Assembly (NCBI RefSeq): GCF_030028105.1
Contig: NC_092399.1
Location: forward strand, 9,920,001 to 9,984,000
Source of the DNA: Mobula birostris
Taxonomy: Eukaryota
Direction: 5' to 3'
Length of the DNA stretch: 64,000 nt
Shown piece after piece: positions 1-13,310 of this stretch. Position 1 is the stretch's first letter; the number at the start of each line of letters is the position of its first letter. Below the pieces are notes generated by a model. It was given only the letters and a program-made list of their open reading frames with translations. It was not told the origin of the DNA and did no database searches. A program made the position numbers and the translations under genes.

Positions 1-239
1 AAAGGAAGATGGCTTTTGTGGTTAGAAGTTAGTCAGTCAGGACCCAGGACATCACTGCAGGAGTTTCTCAGGAACGTCCTGTAATTATACTTAAGGAACA
101 AACAATAAATAACATTGGCTCCATCAGAACGTTTTCTAAAACATAAGGAACTCCTGAAGCAATTAAGCTTTAGCAATGTAGGTGATGGCTTTATGAACTG
201 CTAGTCACTATAGAAAGCAATAATATGCAGTTTGCTATA

Positions 240-915
240 AACAACTTAACAACAATCTCTTATTTAATGTCAGCAAGTCCAAGGAGCTGATTTTGACTTG
301 AGGAGGAGGAGGAAATCGGAGGTCCATGAGCCAGTTCTCAGTGGAGATCAGAGGTGCACAGGGGCTGCAACCTGAAACTCCTCGTTGTTATTACTATTTC
401 AGAGAATCCGTCCTGGGCTCAGCATACAAGTGCACTTACGAAGAAAGCAGAGCAGCGTCTCTAATTCCATAGGAAGCTGCAAAGACTTGGTTTGACATCT
501 AAACCTTTGACAAACCTCTATAGATGTGTAGTACAGAGTATATTGACTGGCTGCATCACAGCCAATGCCCTTGAATGGAAAATCCTACAAAAAGTAGTGG
601 ACATGGTCCAGCCTACCACAGGTAGAACTCTGCTCACCGCTGAGCACATCTACGCAAAACATTGTTGCAGGAAAGCAGCATCCATCGTCAGGAACATCAA
701 CCACACAGGCCATGCTCTCTTCTCACTGTCGCCATCAGGAAGAATGTACAGGAGCCACTGGACTCTCACCAACAGGTCCAGGAACAGTTATTACCCCTCA
801 GCCATCAGTCTCTTGAACCAAATGGGATAACTTCACTCAACTTCACTTGATCCATTATTGAAATGCTCCCACAACCTTTGGACTCACTTTCAAGGACTCT
901 TCATCTCATGGTTGT
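240..915 (+). mobile_element. Rex/Babar-type LINE 3' fragment (decayed RT C-terminus)
   Basis: HTGHALFSLSPSGRMYRS...RSRNSYYPSAISLLN motif; related fragments at about 14110-14555(-), 15560-15935(+), 48590-49145(-), 54420-54590(+), 54885-55100(+), 58145-58620(-). Confidence 0.75.
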
Positions 916-1049
916 TTTTGATATGTTATGATCAGGATTCTGACCAGGTGGTGTGATCTGTTTGAAGCCTAGTCAAGAAAATGATCTTAGCTATCAAACC
1001 TCAGAACGCAGGTCACCTGCAATTAAGCTTAGGTTACAACAGTGGCTAA

Positions 1050-1712
1050 GAGTTATTATTTATTTAGAGATAGAGCACGGAACAGGCCTTTCAGCCCAAC
1101 GAGCTGCACTGCCCAGCAACTGCCTACTTAACCCAAGCCTCATCACAGCTCAACTTACACAATGACCAACTGATCCACTGGAAGACCAGCCCTGTGTTAT
1201 ACGGATGCCTGGGAGCACGAGATGAAAGCGGGGACATTAACCAAACAACCTGGGAAGTCGTGGCAGCCGACCGCAGGTGAAGACAGTCCTTCGAGGCAGG
1301 TGTAAAGAGGAGCAGGCAGAAGAGATAAGAGCAGCGGGAAGCAAAGAGAAAGTGCAGACAACTAAGGGAAGCATTGACATCAGCACTTCCACAGCCTGGC
1401 ACCACATTCACTTGATGAAAATATAGCAAGATGTGCTGCTCCAAAATTGGACTGTTCAGCCATAGCAGCTCTACAATGGACTGACACACAGTGCACACTA
1501 CATATCTATTGTCCTTTCAGACAGACTGATGTCATCATCAATCACAGGACAATTTACACAATGACCATTTAACCTACTAACTGATACTGTACATCTTTGG
1601 ACTGTGGGATGAAACCGGAGCACAGGCAGGAAATCCATGCAGAAGAACAAACTCCTTACAGAAGATGCCAGAATTGAACTCTGAACTCCAACATTTCGAG
1701 CTGTAGTAGTGT
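1050..1712 (-). mobile_element. tRNA-derived SINE (shark HE1/V-SINE-like) interrupted by an RTE-like 3' fragment at about 1170-1540
   Basis: SINE body GGTTTCATCCCACAGTCCAAAGA on minus; the insert is flanked by an approximately 27-bp duplication (1142-1168 vs 1541-1567). Confidence 0.6.
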
Positions 1713-2105
1713 TGTGCTAACTGCTACATTTAATTAAACAGGTCCTTGCACATGCTCAAATTAGTTAACAAACTTGAATTTTGACAATTATTGCAGGAGG
1801 TAGAAGAGTGACCATATGGCACAACAGATGTTAAATATCAAAAAAGGTGATGTGTATTCAAGAATAATTCTGTCAACAGCATAAGTGTGTTTGAATTGAT
1901 GGAGGTTCAGTCACTGATAAATTGTTAAGAGAAATCAGTAAACTCAGGTTTGTACAGAAAAGCTTAATCCAAAAAAAACAGTAAACATTTCTTCGCAGTA
2001 ACACAAATGTGATCAAACTACATTTCTTTTTAATCTTTATAAAGCATTGACAAAAGAAGCAATTAATCATACACAACTCTTTCAGATATAGTCTGCATGG
2101 GACTA

Positions 2106-2252
<147 letters not shown>

Positions 2253-2455
2253 CTACTACTCATGAGGGCATGGCGCATATTTACAACAAAAACATCTATT
2301 TTATTAAAATAATTGGTAGCAACTTCTTTAAAATGTCATCTTTAGAAAAGTTCCAAGTAGTACATAAAGATGGACATTACCTTAATGATTCTCTTAGTAA
2401 GATTGATATTACTTAATTGATTCTCTATCAGCAAAGTTGTAAGTAATGAATGTTA

Positions 2456-2773
<318 letters not shown>

Positions 2774-3977
2774 CTATTTACTGTTGTAAATGAAACAAAA
2801 AAAAATCTGAAACAACTGCAGAAAATTCCAGAAACACATAGCAGGGAGCATCGGTGGGGAGAAAAAACACGGCTTGCTGAATGATTCTAACATGTTGTAT
2901 TTTTATTTCCTTTGGGCAGATAAGAAAACAGTTCAACATCCACTTTGTGTGAACAAAGCAGATAACTAAAGTTTCTGCAGTCCCAGGAACTGTGCTGTTT
3001 GAATAGAAACTACAACAAAAGAAACAGCGAAGAGAAACGGTTTGAGAAATAATTCATAAACTACATGGAGTATTGTGTTCGCTTCATTATAAGGAGGAAG
3101 CGGAAGATTTAGAGCAGGTGCAGAGAAAAGTCACCAGTATGTTATACTGTTCTACATTCAATGTACATAATGTTCTGAAGCGCTCACTGAGACTTCAGAA
3201 AGGTTTAGAGTCCGAGGCAGTTTAGAGGAAAGACTTGAAATTGATCAAGTTACACAAGAAACAAAGACTTGTGGTTTTAGACCAGGAGTTCCCAACCTTC
3301 TTTACGTAATTAACTGAGGGGTCTGTGTTGGGAAACCCTGTTTTAGAAGGAAGAGGTGGGCTCACGCTGAATTCAAACACAAGACATCTCCAACGAATTA
3401 CAAATTTAGAGTTATAAAGCTGCTTCATTTAGTTGGATCAGGAGATGAACCTGGTTATAACAATAAGTAAAATATTTCAGCATCATTATGACAGTCAAAG
3501 TAAACCATGTTCTTTTTACTTTCCATTAAAAAAGTTCACAATCTCAGAAAATGACATCAGAAAATTTCTGAAAACTGGAAAAATAAGGAAAGATTGAATA
3601 GGTTGAGACTTAATTCCTTGGAATGTAGAAGATTGAGAGGAGATTTGATAGAGGTATACAAAATTATAAGGGGTATCAACAGGATAAATGCAAGCAGACT
3701 TTTTCCACTGAGGTTGGGTGGGACTCCAACTAGAGGCCATGGGTTAAGGGTGAAAGATGAAAAGTTTAAGGGGAACACAAGGTGAAACTTCTTCACTCAG
3801 AGTCAGTGAGCGTGTGGAACAAGCTGCCAGCACAATGTGAGTTCGATTTCAATGTTTCAGAGGAGTTTGGATAGATACATGGAAGGTAGGAGTTTGGAAG
3901 GTTATGGTCCAAGTGCAGTGCAGGTCAATGGGAGTAGGCAGTTTAAATCAGGGGTCCCCAACCTTTTTTTGCACCGT

Positions 3978-4347
3978 GGACTCTCCGATGGTGGTGTCTG
4001 AAAAGAGGATGCAGTTCAAGTTGCATGCCATCTTGGACAATGTCTCCCATCCACTACATAATGTACTGGGTGGGCACAGGAGTACATTCAGCCAGAGACT
4101 CATTCCTCCAAGATGCAGCACAGAGCGTCATAGGAAGTCATTCCTGCCTGTGGCCATCAAACTTTACAGTTCCCCCCTTGGAGGGTCAGACACCCTGAGC
4201 CAATAGGCTGGTCCTGGACTTATTTCCTGGCATAATTTACATATTACTATTTAACTATTTATGGTTTTATTACTATTTAATTATTTATGGTGCAACTGTA
4301 ACGAAAACCAATTTCCCCCGGGATCAATAAAGCATGACTATGACTAT
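3978..4347 (+). mobile_element. Rex-type LINE 3' end nested in the hAT element
   Basis: Near-identical to 50810-51170; AATAAA followed by an (ATGACT)n tail. Confidence 0.85.
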
Positions 4348-4562
4348 GGACCAGTTTAATATTGACAATACTCTTGCGGACCGGCCTGGGGCGGGGGGTG
4401 TCTGTTAATCACGACCAGAATATAGGTGATAAGTCAACTGTAAGTCACTTATAAGTGGCTAATACATTCAATTTCGTTTCTAAAAAGGGTTTATCTAATG
4501 AATTTAATATTAAACACAGCGCATATTTTCCTCGCATGAATATAGTGATAAGTCAATTATAA

Positions 4563-4784
4563 CAGTGGTTCCCAACCTCCGGGCTACGAACCGATACATT
4601 GCCATGAAGAATGATGCAGCGGTACAGCGGTGGCTGGAACGCACCCAGCACATCATTAAGAAAAAAACCGAAATAAACGAGATAATTAATTAGATGCCAC
4701 CTGGCACGTAAATGTCGGCCCAGATCAGAGGCACATTCTTCGCGGCAATGTTTCGGTCCGCGGCCCGAAGGTTAGGGACCACTG
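4563..4784. mobile_element. hAT MITE nested in the hAT element
   Basis: TIRs CAGTGGTTCCCAACC / GGTTAGGGACCACTG; TSD AATTATAA / AACTATAA. Confidence 0.85.
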
Positions 4785-5642
4785 AACTATAAGTCACTTA
4801 TAAGTCAATAGCATCATAACATTTTAAGTAATGTTTGGATATTAAAAACATAGCGCATATTTTTCTTGTATGAACATATAAAATCATTGCAACACATCAA
4901 TATCGCTGAATCAGTGAGAGCCCTGAGCTTGTTTCCCTGCAACAAGACGGACCCATCAAATGGTGATGGGAGACAGCGATACTCGAAGGGGGTTCCTTAT
5001 GTCCAGTCTATTCCGCAATTTAGTTTTTGTTGCATTCATTGCAGAAAACTCTGCTTCATAGCGATATGATGTTGGAAATGGAAGCAACGTTTTCAGTGCT
5101 TTCGTGGCTGTCTCAGGATACTCAGCCTGGCCTTTGATCCAGAATGCCGGCAGAGATATTATGTCAAACATACTTTTCAGCCCACCATCATTTGCAAGCT
5201 CGAGGAGTTGATCTTTTTCCCGCGCTGACAAAGATGATTCACCGGGGACATTCACAGGTGGGTCACGGAACCATTCCTTTGCACGTCTTGGGTCACTGAT
5301 GACCTCGCCTGCGTTCAAGTTCAACAGCAGGCATGACAGGGAATGAGGAAAGGTGCAGCTGATTCATATCGCCAAATCATATTGCTTCCTCGCGGCCCGG
5401 TAGCACATGCTTTGCGACCCGGTGGTTGGGGACCACTGGTTTAAATGGCTTGTCATGGAGCAGATGGGCCAGAGGGCTTGTTTCTATGCTGTACTTTTCT
5501 CAGGCTCCATGGTCAATGAGGTTTCAAACAATCTGACTTAGGGCAGGAGTGCAGCCCTAACTACAGCAATATTGGAGGCAGTGACATATTCAAAGTCCAG
5601 GAAACAAACACAAATCTCATTGCTAAAATTCATCTCTACCTA

Positions 5643-5756
<114 letters not shown>

Positions 5757-6724
5757 CTACAAAGGCACCAAAATTGTGTTAGTCAATCCAGAATTAGTTT
5801 TAACTTATTCACAGTAATGTCTGACAGTTCAAGGATACAGAATATTTTCCTTCAAACCAATAAAAGGCACTAAAGATAATTCACCCAAAGTCAGTGAGAG
5901 CAAGTGGCACCAAATGAGGTGCCTGCCGACCCCGTCTCTCAGCCACGACAGCAAGCGCTGAAAGGCAAGGCAGTAAGAACACCCATCCGTTTCAGTCTGT
6001 GAGGCTGGGATAATCAGCCTTGGTCCCTGATCACATCATCCAGCTAATTATGTACAGGCTGAGATTAGGTTTGACTGTTAATATCCCAAATTCAAACCAT
6101 TCAAACTGTGTTATCATCTTGAATGAAGGAGCAGAAAAGACAGCAAAGTCCATTTTGAGCTGAGTGGGGAGGATGGCGGGGTGGGTGGGTGGAAAGAGAT
6201 GGGATGCCTGTACATTTTCCTCAGGGTAGAAGGTATCATGGAGTCTATAGTAACTCTCAGAACAATCCCAGTCCACTATTTCCCAGCAACCATTTTTTCT
6301 CATTGACACCTTCTATCTACATTAGGGGCAGTTTATAGTCGCTAACAGCCAGCATACTTCTTAAGGTGTGGAAAGATACCAGAGCACGCAGAAGAACTTA
6401 TGGAGTCACAAGAAGAATATATAAGCTCTACATGGAAAGCAACAGAAGTCAGGATTGACCTTGGGTTACAAGAGTTACAAGATAAATCAGAATCAGGTTT
6501 ATTACCACCAGCATGCGCATGAAATTTGTTAACTTGCAGAAACTTGTGACTGACAAATGCAGCATCGGTGACATCAAAGTGCTTGTTGAAGAGTGAAGAT
6601 GGGAAAAAATATACATTTACTTACATGCTGTAAGGGATTCAACGTTAACAGAAATACAGCAGGCATTGATTCAAACAAACACCAGACTTCAATTCTCAAT
6701 GTAAATTACAAGGAGTAATCAGTT

Positions 6725-7090
6725 TGATGGGTGATGGGGTGGAGATACGTCTCTACCAAAGGAGGTGTAAGGTGCTCCTTCCCTCTGCTAGCCTGCAGGT
6801 CACCTTTGGCAAGGTGTAACACCTACTTAGCCCCCAAAGTCACGTGAAGCCATGGGAGACGGCGGTGGATGGTCATATGAGCAACTAGTGCATATCACAA
6901 GCCCAGTTTATGTGACACCAGGCAGACAATCTCCGAAGATTATTGATAATGGCTAAGGCCACCCACACGTCTTGTAAAGACATTGCCCAGGTGGCAACAG
7001 CAATCCACCTCTGTAGAAGAATTTGCCAAAAACAATCATGGTCATGGAAAGACCATGATCGTCCCAGTGATATGACATGGCACATAACGA
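6725..7090 (+). repeat. Unclassified interspersed repeat (possibly an RTE-related SINE); other copies at about 22930-23300(-), 29320-29660(-) and 30078-30270(+)
   Basis: Shared blocks such as CCAGGCAGACAATCTC and CATGGTCATGGAAAGACCATGAT occur in four places. Confidence 0.7.
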
Positions 7091-7358
7091 ACAAACAAAT
7101 CAGTCTGAAATTAAAAGGGTACTTTAGTAAGCAAACTATGCTATTACACTGAATAGGCGACTTGCCCACAAGAAATATGACTTGAAAAGTGATACAACTG
7201 TGAGATGTTCTTGTTGTATCAGCCAAGACAAGGAGCATCTTAATTAGACTACATAAGTCAGGCAACACTGACCAAGTTATTTTGTACCACTGTGACCGAG
7301 ATCAAGGAAGCTTCCAGACCAGATCAACTTTGTCACACCAAACAGGTCACAGGCGTCA

Positions 7359-7499
<141 letters not shown>

Positions 7500-7639
7500 T
7501 CAAAAGTGCAATACTTAGACTTTAACTTAAATGCAAAGTTTAAGCAAGGATTTAATAACTTTGGAGGTAATTCAGAATAAATTCACAAGGCTACATCCAA
7601 ATACTTTAGTTTTAGAAGAATGAGGAGTGATTGCCACTG

Positions 7640-7925
7640 TTGGCGAGGTGGCTAGCGTGGCGCTATTACAGTTTGGTGGTATTCTCAAGTTCAATTCCAG
7701 CACAGTTCTGCCAGAAGTCTCTGACCATCCCCCCCGCCTTAGAATGTGTGGGGTTTTCCCCAAGTGCTCTGGTTTCCTCCCCACAGTCTAAAGACACACT
7801 GGGTAGGTCAATTGGTGGTTATAAATTGTCTCGTGAATAGGTTAGGGTTAACCGAATTTGCTGGGGATTGCTGGGGTGGGGCATCTCAAAAGGGCTGGAA
7901 GGACCTACTCCACAGTGTATCACCA
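7640..7925 (+). mobile_element. tRNA-derived SINE (HE1/V-SINE-like); further copies at about 18440-18715, 53260-53535, 61315-61535 and 6320-6480(-)
   Basis: A/B-box-like head plus the GTGCTCTGGTTTCCTCCCACAGTC body. Confidence 0.7.
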
Positions 7926-9029
7926 GTTCATTGGTGAGACAGGAGAGCTTGATCCCTCAGTTGTTGTGCAGACAAGCCCCCCGTGCCTCGTGGTTGCTGG
8001 TGGAGGTGAGGCCAAGCCTGCTGTGTGCCGCTGGACCCCGTACTGGGTTGGGGGCTTGCCCCTCCTGTTGGTACTGCCCTCTAGTGTTCGCTCCTGAGAA
8101 GACAAGCTTCAGTCTGCAGGCCATGATGCTCAGGGAATTGGGATATGTTATTACTGTTTGATTTTTTTTTTGTAACTGTGTTTTTCTGCTATCATAATTA
8201 TTTGTGCCATATGTGCTGTATGTGACTGTTGGTACTGTGCTTTACACATTGGCACCAGAAGAGTGCTGTTGTTTGGCTGAATTCCTGTGTATGGTTGAAT
8301 GACAATTAAACTTAAACCTGTTGGTAGGTATCAGATAGGAAAATAGAGGGTGAGATTAATCAGTCATGATCTTATTCCTCGTCATATTTTTACCCATTTA
8401 TTTATCTCATCTTTTTACATACTCTGGATTCTTTCCACATGACTTTCTACCACTTTTGGTGCTCAGCTACAACTGCAATCTTATTTTGTGTTCTTAAGAG
8501 CTGGAATTTAAAATAAAAACAAAAAAATGGAAATATCCAGCATATCAGGCAATAGCCAAGGAGGGAGAAAGTTAATATTTACAGTCTGCAACAGGGAAAG
8601 TTGAGAGCGAAGCAGCTTTAAGCTACAATGAAGGCAGGCAAGAAAGATTCAAAGGTTTATTTTAATATCAGAGAATGTATGCTGTATACAATTTAAGTGC
8701 ATTAGTGTTTACAATGATTAAACAAAGTGTTGCTCCACAGTTTGAGGGTAGAATCCTAATTATGTTATATTTTTAAAGAACACATACAGTACTCAACCTA
8801 AGTCAATACCTTTTCCACCTTAAAATACTCACAATTCTCAGTTAACCAAATAATCCACAGAACACTCAGAATGCTCATTTATTTAGTGATGAGCATTCCC
8901 TTTACCCTTTTGTGCATCGCATGAAAGATCCTGAATAAATTAATCACAGGCTGTTCTTACCACAAAAAGCCATTCAGTTTGTTGACATCCTTACCAGCTC
9001 TATTTGTAAAGAATGAATGAGAACAGAAA

Positions 9030-9366
9030 AGCCGTTTCCACTGATAGGTGAGACTAGAACTAGTGGGCATAGCCCCAAGATTTGGGGAGTAGATTTAAGA
9101 CCGAGATGAGGAGGAACTGCTTTTCCCAGGGAGTGGTGAACCTGTGGAAATCTCTGCCCAGTGATGCACTGGAGGCTACCCCAGAAAATATATTTAAGAT
9201 AAGGTTGGATGGATTTTTTGCATAGTAGGGGCATTAAGGGTTATGGGGAAAAAGGTAGGTAGGTGGAGATGATTCCTGGCAGGATGAGCCATGATCTTAT
9301 TGAATGGCAGAACAGACTTGATGGGTCAGATGGCCTACTCCTGCTCCTATTCCTTATGTTCTTATG
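9030..9366 (+). mobile_element. CR1 LINE 3' end
   Basis: CR1-type 3' coding remnant and (TCTTATG)n-like tail. Confidence 0.7.
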
Positions 9367-9499
9367 ATAATTCTCAAGCAGCTCGACACCATCTAGGACA
9401 AACCTACCCACTTGACTGCAACTTTACCCACTAGTTTAAATATTCATTTTCTCCACTAATGTACACAGGCACAACAGCATGTAGTAACAGTGCAATCAT

Positions 9500-10260
9500 T
9501 CGAGTTGAATATATTTTCCCAAGGGATGGTCTGTTAGTGGGTCTTCGGGTGGCTGAGGAGGCCAATGCAGGATCTACATGTTCTGGTGCAGGGTGGGCAG
9601 GAATAAGTGGGGGCTGCGGTTCATGGTGGGGTCTTTTGGTCGTTCAGTCTCTCCTTTCGCAGCTGCCGCTTGTCCTCTGCAGCACAATGGAGGCCGTTCT
9701 CACATAGTACAGTTCCCTCTTGAACAGAATTCCTCCAGGTGTATCTACTGGGTGCAATGTCTTCCCTGTTTTTAGATGTGATATTGAATTTCTTCAGGCT
9801 GATTTTGATGTTACCTTTGAAGTATTTCCTTTGCCCACCGGGGGCTTGCTGAGCTTCCTTCAAGTGGGAGTAAGGGATCCGTTTGGGGAGGAGCGAGTTA
9901 GACATCTGGACAATGTTACCTATCCGTCGGAGTTGGTGTAGCCTTATCACGGTGGAGATGCTGTTCATGTTGGCCTCCTCCAGTACGCTGGTGTTAGTCC
10001 TTCCAGCTGATCCACAAAATCTTTCATCAGGATCTTTGGTGGATTTGTTCCAGAGATTTCAGGTGTCTCCTGAAGGTGATTCAGCTCCATACAGTAATGT
10101 AGGAAGGACAACTGCTCGACAGAGTTTGGATCTGTGGGTTGTGCTCTTCAAAGACTCTTTCTCAAATCTTGCATAGGCTTCACTAGTACCACTCAAGCGA
10201 CAGCCTGCAGTTTCACACCCAGGATACATGTTAGCACCTCTCAAACCTTTGACCTCCTTG
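9500..10260 (-). mobile_element. RTE-clade LINE RT C-terminal fragment
   Basis: AVVLPTLLYGAE, LPKRI.YS.LK...GGQRKYFK and terminal motifs typical of RTE. Confidence 0.75.
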
Positions 10261-13041
10261 GAAACTCCCGAAAGGCAGATTCCCTTGTAATTCACACTCA
10301 ATAATGATTTAGAAATATATTACACCACTGCATTTAAAGACAAATAGGGCCAGACTCTAAATGCTGGGTTTGCCAGCCACATTCTGATCCTGAAAAACAA
10401 AATCCTTTTTAGAAACTCCACTTCTCATCCTCCCTCTATAGTCCAGCAAATTCTTTCTGCTTCCGTTATAATACCTCAATTGAATTTGCATTCCCCACTT
10501 TAACCATGTGAATTTTTTTTTGCCAATTGTTTTCATTCTCTGTCCATTTGTTCTTGAGCCCTAGGCTGAACAGAATAATTATCTCTGCCTTCTCAATCTT
10601 TATCCTTTATGATTTTATTACTTTTATCCCAGCTTCTCCCATTTATGTACAAAGCCAAAGTTTGCCTTCCCTGGAGATGTGTTTCAAAATCATTACTGCA
10701 CTTTTCATAAGCCTTCCCACCTCTCTTCAAATGTACCAATCACAACCAGGGTTTAATATCACCGGCATATTAATATCACAGCAGTACTTTATAATTTCCT
10801 GTCAGTCACCTTATGTATAGATCTGTGCCTAGCACCACCTTATTGACATACATTGTACACAAGCTATCTTTATGTATTCACATGTGTTTTTTTATTATTA
10901 TTGTATTTTTTATCTTTTGTGTTTGTTTGGTGCTGTATCGGATCTGGAGTGACAATTGTTTCATTCTCCTTTACACGTGTACAGGAAATGACATCAAACA
11001 ATCTTGAATCTTGAAGAACTTCACAAAATGTCTTCAAATTTGTTGTTTTGCAGCAGCAGTACATTGCAACACATAATAATAAGTGTAATTTAGAGTATAT
11101 ATATATTTTAAAAAGTTAAAGGTTGTTCAGGCTTATTCCCTGCCTCATTTCCTTTCTTACTTCTCTGAACACATTGGAATTGACCTGCTTCTCATTTGCA
11201 TCAATCTTTCAGTTGCTCTTCCCCCACTCCCACTATTTTGATCTTTATTATTTTTGCAACTATGGAGTTCCCTTTGTTTCTCCCTCATGGCAAAGTACCT
11301 AGATGTGCAGATATAACACCTCCCAATGTAAATGGTGTGCTGTTGTTCAATTAGGGCTTTAATTCCAGTTTATTCACGTTAGCTCTGTTCTTACTAGCTC
11401 TTCTCCAATTGAATACGTTTATTTTAGTGTTACTCAAGCCCCTGATCACTGGTCATAACAAGTACTGCACGGTCCATAACTGATAAAAGTGAAGCAATTT
11501 GCCTTTAAATAGACTCATATCCAACTCAGGCAAGGTCAAGTTCCTCTCGGGCTGGAAACATGCTGATCGAGGCTTTTAACACACTGAGGAACTCCTCTCA
11601 CTCTTCAACCCTGAAATTACTGCAATCTCAGTTGAAGTTAACAAGTGAAGAGCCCTTGGTATTACAGGAAAGATACTAGCACAGATACTAGTACTAGCAG
11701 CCACACCACTTTGACAGGCAGTTAAACCAGGCGAGGGTCACTGGCGGCCTCATAGCCCAGTGAGATAGGGACATTCCTGTCCTAGCATGTGAAGTCAGCT
11801 CTGCAGGACCGGGCAGATGAGATCTACAGTGAGATCCAATAGCTAGGAAGGCAGCACTGCAACACTCCATGGAGAGGGAAGGGCACGACAAAGCATACAA
11901 GATATCATGGTCATGCACTGAAACCGAAGATGACCCCAGTTTGTATCACTGGTCTCGGACTTCTGAGGTGAAGAGTGTGGAACTGCCCTCCTTTTTCCAT
12001 TTTAAAAACTCTACCGCACTGGTTTCCCGCCATCGTTGGACTCGATGAACAGCCACCATCCATCCAAGCTTATGCATATCTTTGCAATGTGCCACAAGTT
12101 TTCTCCTCAATATCCTATTCAGGTCTGCAAGTGAGAAAATAAACCATCTATTCCAACCATTTGCCTTTTGCCCATTAACTAATTGTAAATTTATTACCCC
12201 AGTATTGTAGTTTTATTTAATACCCTCATATGATACCTTTTGAAAGTCAAAATACACAAGATCCCTGAGAATTGTCCCAATGCCAATCTAATGCACTCCC
12301 TCTTCTACTTTCTCTGAGCACATAGTTATTTAGAATATCTTATTTTGATTCTTATTGGCATGTGACATAGGGAGCAATCCTAATACTACCATTCTGAGTT
12401 CCATCTCCTTAAAATCTGTCTGGTGAACCTCCTTTTGTTTTCTATTTACATTGTTGGTTCCAATATGGGGGTACACTCAACCTTCCTGAATTTCCTACAG
12501 TAACTTCAGTAAAATCCTTAGTTCTAAAATCACAGAAGCATCATACTATACCACAACCACATCTGCAAACACCAGGTTGCTTTCCCACCCAAGAACATTC
12601 TTACTCACTTGACCTTTCACCTCCTTCCCTATATCATTAAGCCAACCATGGTCGAGGTCCTGTCTGCATTCCTTCATCAGAACTTTAATGAATACCAGCT
12701 ACAAAGATTTAAGAACATAAAATGTGTATGCATACGCAAAACGATGACGTTCAATTTGCACTCCTGGGTATCTGCCAGTCCATTTTCCACGGCTACAAGC
12801 CCATTCTGCCACGAAGCGGGATAATTTCCCCCACCGCGAGCAGAGTGCCCGTCATCATTCCAAACTGGTGTGCGGTTACCACAGACCTCTGCCAATCCAA
12901 CACCGGCCGGGGCAATAAAACCCCAATTTTAGAACCGCATCCATGGCCGTAATGTGTGCGCCACGTTCATAGTAGGAAAAGAACAAAACCATCAACGCTA
13001 ACTTTCGGCTTACCAAAACAAAAAAACCCCTCACAATCCGT

Positions 13042-13310
13042 ACTTACTTCACAAGCCACAAATCCGGCCACAAACAATAGACAGCTGCCCCGTCCGAGCA
13101 AGAGAGCGATGCGCATGCCCGCTAGGAGCTGACCGTCACGTGATCGGTGGCGTCATCCCCATGACGCAATCCTCCCGTCTCCAGCGCATAACAAGCGGAG
13201 GGAGGGAGGGAGTAGTGCGCATGCGCACCAGTGAAAGTTTAGGGACAGCTCCACCTTTGAGTGACTTTTCCTTTAGATATATATAAAAAAAGGAGGGGCG
13301 GGGAACCACT
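13042..13310 (-). promoter_or_regulatory. TMEM50A: TMEM50A CpG-rich promoter and probable non-coding exon 1
   Basis: GTAAGT donor on minus at 13047-13042; perfect NRF1 palindrome TGCGCATGCGCA 13216-13227; second GCGCATGC near 13111; GTCACGTGAT E-box/CLEAR-like motif 13135-13144; inverted TGACG half-sites 13150-13167; GC box near 13295. Confidence 0.75.

Larger units (their letters stand above)
3949..5438 (-). mobile_element. hAT (Charlie/Buster) non-autonomous DNA transposon
   Basis: TIRs CAGGGGTCCCCAACC / GGTTGGGGACCACTG; perfect 8-bp TSD GTTTAAAT (3941-3948, 5439-5446); transposase C-terminal remnant 4956-5324 (ALKTLLPFPTSY.YEAEFSAM...KTKLRNRLDI). Confidence 0.92.
3590..5505 (+). mobile_element. 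CR1 LINE 3' fragment split by a hAT insertion
   Basis: LECRRLRGDLIEVYKI...TRGHGLRV motif; the CR1 3' end resumes after 5446. Confidence 0.8.
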
